From: a virus
Lineage: Duplodnaviria > Caudoviricetes
Virus record (IMG/VR): IMGVR_UViG_3300037047_000007
Span: 1-39,786 of that record
DNA length: 39,786 nucleotides
Strand: one strand, 5' to 3'
Shown here: positions 17,775 through 25,596 of the stretch, piece after piece
Layout of the letters: each line of letters opens with the position of its first letter
Numbering within the stretch: the stretch's first letter is position 1
Notes under the pieces: generated by a model
Seen by the model: only the letters and a program-made list of their open reading frames with translations
Told to the model about the DNA's origin: nothing
Databases searched by the model: none
Program-made: the position numbers and the translations under genes

Positions 17775-18426
17775 CTACAGCGAACGTCTAAAACTGGCTT
17801 TGCGCCAGTCCGGGTACAGCGTCCAGCACTTGGCTGACGCCCTCGGGATTTCCTACCAAGCCTGTAAGAAGGCGCTTGACGGGAAAACCAAGGCGTTCTC
17901 GGCCGCCAACAACCACAAGGCCGCCAACTTTCTGGGCATTTCGGCGGAGTGGCTTGCCACAGGCGAGCACACGTTTGTCCAGGTCAAAAGCAACGTTTCA
18001 CCGGCCCAAATTGGGACAAAGCAGGTACCACTGATCAGCTATGTTCGCGCTGGGCACTGGGCGGGCATTGGGGACTCGCGCCAGGCCGAAGACGCACATG
18101 AGTGGCTGATGACTGACCTAGACGTTTCTGACGGGGCGTTCGCCCTGGAAATCAAAGGAGACTCGATGCTCCCGGAGTTCAGCCCTGGCGACAGGGTGAT
18201 CATCGACCCGTCCATCAAGCCCCAGCCGGGGGACTACGTGGTGGCCAAGAACGGGGAGGAAGAAGCAATGTTCAAGAAGTACCGCCTTCGCTCGGTGGAC
18301 GAGCGCGGCATAGAGGTGTTTGAGCTGGTGCCGTTGAATCCTGACTACCCCAGCATCAGGTCAGACCAGACGCCCATTCACATCGTGGGCACCATGGTGG
18401 AAGTCAGGAAGTACAGGAGAAAGTGA
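17767..18426 (+). CDS. cI: CI repressor (HTH plus S24 autopeptidase)
   Basis: N-terminal HTH, VRAG cleavage site, GDSM serine, FKK lysine. Confidence 0.95.
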   Translation: MVDYSERLKLALRQSGYSVQHLADALGISYQACKKALDGKTKAFSAANNHKAANFLGISAEWLATGEHTFVQVKSNVSPAQIGTKQVPLISYVRAGHWAGIGDSRQAEDAHEWLMTDLDVSDGAFALEIKGDSMLPEFSPGDRVIIDPSIKPQPGDYVVAKNGEEEAMFKKYRLRSVDERGIEVFELVPLNPDYPSIRSDQTPIHIVGTMVEVRKYRRK

Positions 18427-18923
18427 TGTTAAAAGTTTTTTTAGCCGCAGCGGCGGCTTTGATGCTGGCTGCTTGTGCGTCTGGCGTGACTCCTGAAAAC
18501 AACTGGAGGGAGGCCGGCTATGACAGAGAAAGCGAACTCGTTGCACAGCAACGGAAAAGCAACAGCATCACCGTTTTGCAGGCAAATCGACGAATGTCGG
18601 CTGTGGCCAAAACATACTTTCCAAACGATGACTTGCTCATACAAACCTGGGATGACCTTGTAGCCTTGGCGGAGCAGGTAGAGCATCAAACCATCACCAA
18701 AGACGAGTACGAGCAACTTCGCCAGATGAGGTGGCGCCTGTTTGATGACGCGAACTTGCAGCGACACAATGAGGCAAAGCAACTGGAGGCCCAGCAGCGG
18801 CGGTCGGCGTTCATGGCAAGCTTTGCGAGCGGCATGGCAAGAGCCACGCAAAGAAACAACCAGCAACCCATCAACTGCTCCACCACCTCTATGCCTGGAG
18901 TGGTAAACACCACTTGCAGATAA
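18426..18923 (+). CDS. Lipoprotein co-transcribed with cI (candidate superinfection exclusion)
   Basis: Signal peptide with lipobox LAA-C; lower GC; followed by a terminator. Confidence 0.7.
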   Translation: MLKVFLAAAAALMLAACASGVTPENNWREAGYDRESELVAQQRKSNSITVLQANRRMSAVAKTYFPNDDLLIQTWDDLVALAEQVEHQTITKDEYEQLRQMRWRLFDDANLQRHNEAKQLEAQQRRSAFMASFASGMARATQRNNQQPINCSTTSMPGVVNTTCR

Positions 18924-18940
18924 CAGCATCTCGCAGGATG

Positions 18941-18963
18941 CCCCGCTTCGGCGGGTTTTTTTT
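18941..18963 (+). terminator. Rho-independent terminator of the cI-lipoprotein operon
   Basis: CCCGC-TTCG-GCGGG followed by T8. Confidence 0.9.
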
Positions 18964-18972
18964 GCATGCGAC

Positions 18973-19011
18973 TGAACCATAGTTGACTTTCAAGTTGAAC
19001 CATGGTTTAAT
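18973..19011 (+). promoter_or_regulatory. PL promoter (TTGACT-N17-TTTAAT) overlapped by two operators
   Basis: TGAACCATAGTTGA 18973, TGAACCATGGTTTA 18996; -35 at 18983, -10 at 19006. Confidence 0.85.
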
Positions 19012-19099
19012 TCTCCCCATCGCACCAACAACACGTTGGCGATAGGTCCGCAGCCCCGTCACCCACTGGCTGCGGGTGTGATCAAACAGGAGATTCGCC

Positions 19100-19321
19100 A
19101 TGTCACTCCACCCCATCTTCGCGCAGGCACTTGCGCCCTTCGCACCGCCGCAAAGCGCCGTGCACCAGTCCATCAACGATGACGACTGGTATGTGATCGA
19201 CGCGGCCACCAGCAAGGTGATCCGCCGCGTGTCCTGCAAGAACCAGCGCCCGGAACCCAGCCACGGCCAGTACGTGGAGCGCGGCATCAGCGCCAAGTAC
19301 ATCCCGGGGTTGTCGCTGTGA
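19100..19321 (+). CDS. First early gene, hypothetical
   Basis: AGGAG RBS; 73 aa. Confidence 0.7.
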   Translation: MSLHPIFAQALAPFAPPQSAVHQSINDDDWYVIDAATSKVIRRVSCKNQRPEPSHGQYVERGISAKYIPGLSL

Positions 19322-19527
19322 CCGGGCACATCCGCATCGTCCGCATGGCCGGCAAGGAAGTGGTGTGCACCCGCATGGTGGCCATCGGATCGGCCTACGT
19401 GCCGCCGCCCATGCCGGTGCAAGGCCGCGACGCCGAGGTTCTGCAGCGCGCGCTGCTCGACCCGCGCACCAGCACCGAGCCGACGGCGTGGCGCCGCGCG
19501 CTGGCCGCTGTCTGGAGGTGGTGCTGA
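19318..19527 (+). CDS. Hypothetical early protein
   Basis: GTGA overlap; 69 aa. Confidence 0.6.
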   Translation: MTGHIRIVRMAGKEVVCTRMVAIGSAYVPPPMPVQGRDAEVLQRALLDPRTSTEPTAWRRALAAVWRWC

Positions 19528-19733
19528 TGAGCTGCTGCAACCACGACTGCAACCAGGGCAGCGACTGCCCTGCGCGAGTGGCAAAGGTCGGCCGGCGCAT
19601 CCATGCCGCCGAGCCGCTGCCGCCTTCCACGTGGCGCCACTACCTCAAAGACCTGGCGCGCGCATTCCTGTTTACCGCTGCCGTGATGACGCTGACCGGA
19701 TTCGCTGCCGGGCTGATCTGCGGCTTTTACTGA
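19527..19733 (+). CDS. Cys-rich N-terminus plus C-terminal TM early protein
   Basis: MSCCNHDCNQGSDCPAR...; TGATG overlap; GGAGG RBS. Confidence 0.65.
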   Translation: MSCCNHDCNQGSDCPARVAKVGRRIHAAEPLPPSTWRHYLKDLARAFLFTAAVMTLTGFAAGLICGFY

Positions 19734-19747
19734 AACGAAGCACCACC

Positions 19748-20449
19748 ATGGAACCCACCACTGACAACAACATCGGGCCGGCCGCCGCCCTCATGGCGGC
19801 ACTGGCCAAGGCCCAGGGCGAGTTCAAGCCCATCGAGAAAAACCGCGAGGTCGAAATCATCATGAAGAGCGGCGGCAAGTACCGCTTCCGCTACGCCGAC
19901 CTGGAAGAGATCATCGCCAAGACCCGACCGGCGCTTTCCGCCAACGGTCTGTCCATGATCCAGACCATCGAGCACAGCCAGGCTGGCCAGCTGCTGACCT
20001 GCAAGCTGATGCACGCCGGCGGCGGGATCATCACCAGCGAGCTGCCGATTCCGTCGGCGCGCGAGTTTGGCGGCGATCCCAAGTCGTTCGGCGCCCTGAT
20101 TTCGTACCACCGCCGGTACATGGTCACGTCCATGCTGGGCGTGGCCGCCGACGACGACCTGGACGAAGACGGCCAGGAAATGGGCGAGCAACCCGCGCGC
20201 ACCGCCAGCAAGCCCCCGGTGCAGCAGCCCCAGCGCCGCGAGCGCCCAGCAGGCGACACCGCATCACCAGCACCCGCAACCGGCGACACCACGCCCGCCA
20301 CCCAGGGCGAGCTGGCCTACATCACCAAGAAGATCGAGGCCAAGGGCTGGACCCGTGCCCAGGCCTACGAGGCGGCAGGCCTAGCCTACGCCGAAGGCGC
20401 AGCCATGACGAAGGCCGAATTCGCAGCGATCAAGGCGGTGGTGGCATGA
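19748..20449 (+). CDS. erf: ERF-family single-strand annealing protein
   Basis: ALAKAQGEF, YADLEEI, GALISYHRRY...GVAADDDLDED. Confidence 0.9.
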   Translation: MEPTTDNNIGPAAALMAALAKAQGEFKPIEKNREVEIIMKSGGKYRFRYADLEEIIAKTRPALSANGLSMIQTIEHSQAGQLLTCKLMHAGGGIITSELPIPSAREFGGDPKSFGALISYHRRYMVTSMLGVAADDDLDEDGQEMGEQPARTASKPPVQQPQRRERPAGDTASPAPATGDTTPATQGELAYITKKIEAKGWTRAQAYEAAGLAYAEGAAMTKAEFAAIKAVVA

Positions 20450-21039
20450 CCGGCCTGACCTTCGATGATGCCAGCCACACCTACCGCGTCAACGGCCAGG
20501 TGGTGCCCGGTGTCACCAGCGTGCTGGCGCCGCTGACCAACTTCGACCGCGTGCCGCCCCATGTGCTGGCCGCCGCCGCCGACTTTGGCAAAGCCGTGCA
20601 CCGCGCCTGCGAGCTGGACGACCTGGGCGAGCTGGACGAGTCCACGCTGGACGATGCCCTGATGCCCTACCTGCAGGCATGGCGCCATTTCAGCGCAGAC
20701 CATGCGGTGGAGTGGGAGCAGATCGAAGAGCCCGCCTACAACGCCACGATGCGCTACGCCGGCACGCCCGATCGCTTCGGCCTGGTGCGCGGTGTGCACA
20801 CCGTCGTAGACATCAAGAGCACCGCCCAGTTGTACCCGGCCGTGGGCCCGCAGCTGGCCGCCTACGCCCAGGCGCTCAAGGTTCCGCATGCGGCCCGCCT
20901 GGCGGTGCAGCTCAAGGCTGACGGCACCTATGTGGCCAAGCCCTACACCGACCCGACCGACTGGCCGGTGTTCGCCTCCCTGCTGACGCTGCGCAACTGG
21001 TGCGCGCATCACTCCATCACCCCCAACTTCAAGGACTGA
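20446..21039 (+). CDS. PD-(D/E)xK exonuclease-like protein
   Basis: [29 protein letters not shown] motifs. Confidence 0.8.
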   Translation: MTGLTFDDASHTYRVNGQVVPGVTSVLAPLTNFDRVPPHVLAAAADFGKAVHRACELDDLGELDESTLDDALMPYLQAWRHFSADHAVEWEQIEEPAYNATMRYAGTPDRFGLVRGVHTVVDIKSTAQLYPAVGPQLAAYAQALKVPHAARLAVQLKADGTYVAKPYTDPTDWPVFASLLTLRNWCAHHSITPNFKD

Positions 21040-21042
21040 CCC

Positions 21043-21828
21043 ATGAAAACCACCGACACAGTTCACTACGATGCCAGCGCCGCCATCGTGCTGGCCACCA
21101 AAGCGCAGAACGCACTCACCAGCGCCAGCGACTACGTGATCGACAGCCCGACCATGTTCGAGCTGGCCAGCGACGACCTCAAGCAGGTCAAGGCCCTGCA
21201 GAAGGAAGTCGAAGAGAAGCGCACCAGCATCACCGGCCCGCTCAACCAGGCGGTGAAGGCGGTGAACGACCTGTTCCGCGCGCCCAAGGAATACCTGGAC
21301 AAGGCCGAGACCACGCTCAAGCGCGCCATGGTGGCCTACACCACCGAGCAGGAGCGCCTGGCCGCCGAGGCCCGTGCCAAGGCCGAAGCCGAGGCCCGCG
21401 CCGAACGCGAGCGCCTGGCCGCCATCGAGCGCGAGCAAGCCGAGGCCGCGCGCCTGGCGCAGGAAGAAGCGCAAGCCGCCGCCGCTGCCGGCGATCAGGA
21501 AGCTGCGGCCGCTGCCATGGCCGCAGCACAAGCCGCCGAGCAGCAGGCCGCCGTGGCCGCCATGACCGCGCAAGTCGTGACCGTGGCGCCCGCCGTCGAA
21601 GCGCCGGCCAAAGTGACCGGCATCAGCGGCCGCGTGACCTACAGCGCAGAAGTGACCGACCTGCTGGCGCTGGTGCAAGCCGTGGCCGCCGGCCAGGCCC
21701 CGATCGAGTGCCTGCAGGCCGACGCCAAGTTCCTGGGTGCACAGGCCCGCGCCTTCAAGAAGGCCGGCGAGCTGTTCCCTGGCGTGATGGCCGTGGCCGA
21801 GCGCAGCATTTCCGCCCGCGCAGCCTGA
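21043..21828 (+). CDS. Coiled-coil recombination-module hypothetical protein
   Basis: 261 aa, Ala/Glu-rich helix; AAGGA RBS. Confidence 0.75.
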   Translation: MKTTDTVHYDASAAIVLATKAQNALTSASDYVIDSPTMFELASDDLKQVKALQKEVEEKRTSITGPLNQAVKAVNDLFRAPKEYLDKAETTLKRAMVAYTTEQERLAAEARAKAEAEARAERERLAAIEREQAEAARLAQEEAQAAAAAGDQEAAAAAMAAAQAAEQQAAVAAMTAQVVTVAPAVEAPAKVTGISGRVTYSAEVTDLLALVQAVAAGQAPIECLQADAKFLGAQARAFKKAGELFPGVMAVAERSISARAA

Positions 21829-21842
21829 AAGCGAGAAGCAGC

Positions 21843-22289
21843 ATGAGCCTCAACCAAGCCCAAATCATCGGCCACCTGGGCAAAGACCCCGAAGTGCGCT
21901 ACCTGCCCAGCGGCGAAGCCGTGGCCAACTTTTCCATCGCCACCACCGAGAAGTGGAAGGACAAGGCCACCGGCGAGCCGCGCGAGAAAACCGAGTGGCA
22001 CCGCATCAGCGTCTTCGGCCGCCTGGCCGAAATCGTGGGCGAGTACCTGAAGAAGGGATCGCTGGTGTTCGTGCAGGGCAAGCTGGAAACCCGCAAGTAC
22101 ACCGATGCCCAGGGCGTGGAACGCTACTCAACCGAAATCCGTGCCGAGACCATGAAGATGCTGGGCGGTCGCCAGGAAGGCGAGCGCAGCGCACCGCAGC
22201 GCCAGGCCGCGCCCCAGCGCCAGCAAGCCCCGGCCGCAGCGCCAGCGTCCAGTGGCTTCAATGACATGGACGACGACATCCCATTCTGA
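21843..22289 (+). CDS. ssb: Single-stranded DNA-binding protein
   Basis: [13 protein letters not shown]...TEWHR; C-terminal DDDIPF. Confidence 0.95.
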   Translation: MSLNQAQIIGHLGKDPEVRYLPSGEAVANFSIATTEKWKDKATGEPREKTEWHRISVFGRLAEIVGEYLKKGSLVFVQGKLETRKYTDAQGVERYSTEIRAETMKMLGGRQEGERSAPQRQAAPQRQQAPAAAPASSGFNDMDDDIPF

Positions 22290-22321
22290 CGAATCCCCCT
22301 CAACCAAACCGAAAGGCACCC

Positions 22322-22669
22322 ATGACCACGAAACCCGACACCACCGCAGCAGCCACTGACGTGGGCGAATTCATCACCGACCTGGACGGTGGCGTGTTCG
22401 ACCGCAAGCTGTCCATCGCCCTGTCCCAGGTGGCTGCTGCCGCCGTGGACAACGACAAGGCCGGCGAAGTCAGCATCAAGCTGGTGTTCCAGCGCATCCC
22501 CGGCACCAGCCAGGTGCGGTGCGAGCACACCCTGAAGTTCGTCAAGCCGACCATGGACGGCAAGGCCGGCGAGGAAGAAAAGCGCTCGACCGTGCTGCAC
22601 GTCGGCAAATTCGGCTCGCTGTCCCTGGCACAGCCGTCGCTCATGGGCAAGCAGGGCGAAATCGCCTAA
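22322..22669 (+). CDS. YfdP-like partner of the DUF2303 protein
   Basis: TDVGEFITDLDGGVF...; precedes DUF2303. Confidence 0.7.
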   Translation: MTTKPDTTAAATDVGEFITDLDGGVFDRKLSIALSQVAAAAVDNDKAGEVSIKLVFQRIPGTSQVRCEHTLKFVKPTMDGKAGEEEKRSTVLHVGKFGSLSLAQPSLMGKQGEIA

Positions 22670-22702
22670 GCCCACCCGCAACACCAAGAAGAAAGCATCA
22701 CC

Positions 22703-23530
22703 ATGTTCAACAAAGAAGCCATCGAAGCCCTGCAGTACGGCGGCGGCATTCACGAAGCGAGCGAAGCGGTGCGCGCCGCCTTCGCAGAAACCAAGCTGGT
22801 CGCTCTGCCCGAGCACTTCACCGAGCACGACCTGGAAAAGTACATGCACAACCGCCGCCGCGCCCGGGGTGTGATGACCACCAGCGCGCTCAAGGACTTC
22901 GCGGCCTACGCCAAGGCGCACGCCGAGGCCGGCGCCAGCGTGTTCGTGGATGCCAACGAAATGGCCGCCACTGCAGTGCTGAACCTGGGCACGCCCGAGG
23001 CGCCCGGCCACACCGACAACCGCGCCAAGCTGGAAGCGCGCAAGACCGCCGCATATCAGGCGCTGCTGCAGCATGCCAGCGGCCGCGCGCTGACCCAGAC
23101 CACCGCCGCCGAGTTCCTGGAGGACTGGCCCGACCTGATCGAGTGCTTCAACGACGAAGGCCCGATCAAGCCACCCAAGGCGATCGGCGCGCTGCGCAAG
23201 CTGACCATCGAGGCCATGCGCAAACTGGAATCCAGCGAGCAATCGCTGAGCGCCAGCAAGAGTGCATTCGAGTCCGTCCAGGCCACCAGCGCTGACCCGA
23301 TCCCCACCACCATCTACTTCAAGTGCGTGCCCTTCAAGGACCTGGCCGAACGCCTGTTCGTGCTGCGCCTGGGCGTGCAAACCGGCGGCGACAAGCCTTC
23401 CATCGTGCTGCGCATCGTGAAGGCCGAGCTGCACGCCGAGGAAATGGCCAACGAGCTGGCCGACCTGGTGCGCGATGCACTGGGCGGGACCATGCCTGTC
23501 CTGCTGGGCGCATACGCCAAGGCCAACTGA
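22703..23530 (+). CDS. DUF2303 (YfdQ-like) protein
   Basis: 275 aa; RRRARG..T....F..Y, AVLNLG...GH.D, AEFLEDW motifs. Confidence 0.8.
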   Translation: MFNKEAIEALQYGGGIHEASEAVRAAFAETKLVALPEHFTEHDLEKYMHNRRRARGVMTTSALKDFAAYAKAHAEAGASVFVDANEMAATAVLNLGTPEAPGHTDNRAKLEARKTAAYQALLQHASGRALTQTTAAEFLEDWPDLIECFNDEGPIKPPKAIGALRKLTIEAMRKLESSEQSLSASKSAFESVQATSADPIPTTIYFKCVPFKDLAERLFVLRLGVQTGGDKPSIVLRIVKAELHAEEMANELADLVRDALGGTMPVLLGAYAKAN

Positions 23531-23533
23531 TTC

Positions 23534-23607
23534 AAGGCCGAAAGCGGATGCTGGCGCGCTGGGGGTACCCGGCGCAGCGCAACCAGACGCAGCGAGTAGG
23601 CCACCTT
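23534..23607 (+). ncRNA. Candidate structured RNA with a GAA/AGUA loop-E-like internal loop, upstream of the prtN-like gene
   Basis: GGCC-GAAA-GCG..CUGG-[GCGCUGGG ggua CCCGGCGC]-CCAG..CGC-AGUA-GGCC nested pairing. Confidence 0.5.
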
Positions 23608-23619
23608 CACCACCGCCAC

Positions 23620-23874
23620 ATGATCACTTCACTGGCTCTCATTTCCATCCACAAGTCGCCAACCATCCCGCTGGCCGACGTGTGCGAAAAGTATTTCGCG
23701 CTGTCCTACGAGGAAGCGCTGAAGAAGGCCGCGCGCAACGAGCTGCCGGTGCCGGCCTTCCGACTGACCAACAGCCGCAAGGCGCCGATGATGGTCAGCG
23801 CAGAAGCGCTGGGCACTTGGATAGACAAGACCGAGGCCGAGGCCAAAGCGCTCTGGGAAAGGAGCCAGGTGTAA
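23620..23874 (+). CDS. PrtN (pyocin activator)-family DNA-binding protein; possible excisionase
   Basis: IPLADVCEKYF...LPVPAFRL..SRKAP..V....L..WID signature. Confidence 0.8.
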   Translation: MITSLALISIHKSPTIPLADVCEKYFALSYEEALKKAARNELPVPAFRLTNSRKAPMMVSAEALGTWIDKTEAEAKALWERSQV

Positions 23875-24383
23875 TGCCCCGCCCGACGATCGTTCAAACG
23901 CTCGACAGCATCCTGGCCCGCACCGATGAAGTGGGCGACTGCCTGGAGTGGCAGGGAATCATGGGCAACAACACGCCCCAGATTCGCATTGCCCGCAAGC
24001 TGCACATGGTCCGCCGGGTGATCCGCGACATGCTGGGAAACCCAGCCGCCAAAGGCAGCTACCTGGCGCCGTCCTGCGGAAACCCGAAGTGCGTCAAGCC
24101 CGAGCACATCATCGAGCGCACCCGGGCTCAGCACATGAAGCGCATCGCCGGCATGATCGACCACAACCACCCCATCAGGATCGCCAAGCTGCAACGGCAT
24201 GCAGCACACCGCCGCGCGCTGGGCATCGAAGGCGAGGCTATCGTCAGGACGGACCCGCGGCCAGCGCAGGCGGTGGCGGACGAGCTGGGCGTCAGCAAGA
24301 GCCTGGTGAACAGAATCAGGCGAGGTGACGGCTACAGGCAGGTGGATGCGTCAAGCAATCCGTTCGCTGGGCTGATGCGCTGA
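23874..24383 (+). CDS. Degenerate HNH-like domain plus C-terminal HTH
   Basis: CLEWQG...SCGNPKCVKPEHI; AVADELGVSKSLVNRIRRG. Confidence 0.7.
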   Translation: MPRPTIVQTLDSILARTDEVGDCLEWQGIMGNNTPQIRIARKLHMVRRVIRDMLGNPAAKGSYLAPSCGNPKCVKPEHIIERTRAQHMKRIAGMIDHNHPIRIAKLQRHAAHRRALGIEGEAIVRTDPRPAQAVADELGVSKSLVNRIRRGDGYRQVDASSNPFAGLMR

Positions 24384-24444
24384 AGATCATGAGCAAGCCA
24401 TACACCCCCGCTGAGACGCGCCAGACGGCGCAGAAGGACACACC

Positions 24445-24630
24445 ATGACAGAACAAACCACCGCGCCGACTGGCGTCGTTTCGAGCACAGAGTTGGGCGC
24501 GCAGCCGGAGATCAAGGAATACCGCGGCCCGCGATGCATGTGCTTGCCAACGGGGTGCCGAGCGGGGCCGGGATGCCCGCACTACAACCAGCACTGCAAG
24601 GCGCACATTGCGCACGAAAGCCGGCGATGA
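24445..24630 (+). CDS. Cys-rich small protein whose N-terminus is encoded by a degenerate attC-like site
   Basis: AAGGA RBS; MTEQTTAPTGVVSSTELG then a Cys/His-rich segment. Confidence 0.6.
   Translation: MTEQTTAPTGVVSSTELGAQPEIKEYRGPRCMCLPTGCRAGPGCPHYNQHCKAHIAHESRR
24462..24498 (-). other. Partial attC-like site (R'', L'' and central hairpin intact; distal arm degenerate)
   Basis: Minus strand GCCCAAC-tctgt-GCTCGAAA-CG[A]CGCC agtc GGCG CG; shares ACAGAGTTGGGC with the 24821 site. Confidence 0.5.
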
Positions 24631-24860
24631 AAAAGAAGCCAACCGGCTTTGTCGCCGTGTGCCAGTGCGGCGTTGCTGTTGGCGCGCTTGATCTTGAACG
24701 CAGTGAGCTCAGCGACGTTTCGCGCCTGCTGGGGAAATGGCTGATGGACGGGTGCGTTGTTCACCCTCAATTCACCCACACATGGGCGGCACGCCTTGAA
24801 CCGTGCAAGTGCGGACAGCAGCCCAACACCCCAATCAGCGGCGGCACGTCCGCTGCATGA
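24627..24860 (+). CDS. Cassette-like hypothetical protein (77 aa); stop codon inside the attC-like site
   Basis: ATGA overlap; MKKKPTGFVAVCQCG...CKCGQQPNTPISGGTSAA. Confidence 0.65.
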   Translation: MKKKPTGFVAVCQCGVAVGALDLERSELSDVSRLLGKWLMDGCVVHPQFTHTWAARLEPCKCGQQPNTPISGGTSAA

Positions 24861-24871
24861 CAGAGTTGGGC
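24821..24871 (-). other. Complete attC-like site (51 bp), inverted relative to the genes
   Basis: Minus strand GCCCAAC-tctgt-cAT[G]CAGC-GG[A]CGtgcCGCC-GCTGATt-ggggt-GTTGGGC: RYYYAAC/GTTRRRY ends, L boxes, two unpaired bases. Confidence 0.65.
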
Positions 24872-24891
24872 TGCGGCCAGGAAAACAGAAA

Positions 24892-25245
24892 ATGACACAC
24901 AGCAGAGTGACCCCCACAGGCAAAGCGATGGGAAAGAACGCGGCGCGCCTGGCTGACCTTGGCCTCAAGCGGTTGCAACACCTGGGCGTGGACACCGTGA
25001 GCGCGCCCATGCTGCGCGACGAGATGTGCAAGACCTGCGCATGCCGACCCGGAGTGGTGCCGAACGGTTGCTTGCAGACGCAACTGGATTTCCTCAAGGC
25101 CGCGCACGAAGGCAAGCCGTTTTTGTGCCACGCGCCAAAGGATGGCCGGATGTGCGCCGGTTGGGTTCGCGTTCGTGCCGAGCTGGTTGCGAACCCGCTT
25201 CCTGCTGGGGCGGTAGAACTGCTCAACAAGTGGGAATACAGCTAA
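24892..25245 (+). CDS. Cys/His-rich hypothetical protein (117 aa)
   Basis: CKTCACR...PFLCH...CAGW zinc-binding-like pattern; AGGA upstream. Confidence 0.7.
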   Translation: MTHSRVTPTGKAMGKNAARLADLGLKRLQHLGVDTVSAPMLRDEMCKTCACRPGVVPNGCLQTQLDFLKAAHEGKPFLCHAPKDGRMCAGWVRVRAELVANPLPAGAVELLNKWEYS

Positions 25246-25259
25246 GCGGATGACCGCGC

Positions 25260-25584
25260 TGATGCACCGAAGACCAGCGCCAGCCCCCGCTTATGCACCG
25301 CTCAGTGCATCACGGCCACACAAGTGGCCGTTTTCTTTTGCGTGACAACAGCTTAGAAGTGGCTGTGTCCAGCCCATCATGGGTGCCACACAAAGCCGCC
25401 ACGGGCTGAATTCCGCCCTAAGTTGTTGATATTGCTGGTGTTCTGTCAATTCCTGGCCCTTTCTGGCCTGGCTGGTTTACGGGCATTTCGGTGCATTTCC
25501 GGGCGTTTCCTTGCATCAGGTGCATCAAGTGGTGCATCATCGGGATGCTGATGCACCGCCTTTCCGTCCATCCGGTGCATCAAG
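25260..25584. mobile_element. attP: dusA-like core (25367-25389), GGTGCATCA arm-type repeats, IHF site
   Basis: Core reverse complement encodes VAPMMGWT (DusA: VAPMMDWT); ~9 exact or degenerate TGCATCA copies on both sides; exact WATCAANNNNTTR at 25419-25431 (minus). Confidence 0.85.
25367..25449 (-). other. dusA: Phage-borne replacement 5' end of host dusA
   Basis: TTG 25449: MTEHQQYQQLRAEFSPWRLCVAPMM(GWT), in frame with the att core. Confidence 0.75.
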
Positions 25585-25596
25585 AAAGGAAACCCA

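Noticed and set aside
25221-25262. Third attC after the 117-aa gene (GCTCAAC...GCTAAGCGG)
   Set aside because: Box spacing is wrong and there is no matching GTTRRRY; at most a remnant
25260-25584. GGTGCATCA repeats as a CRISPR array
   Set aside because: Too short, irregularly spaced and in both orientations; better explained as integrase arm sites
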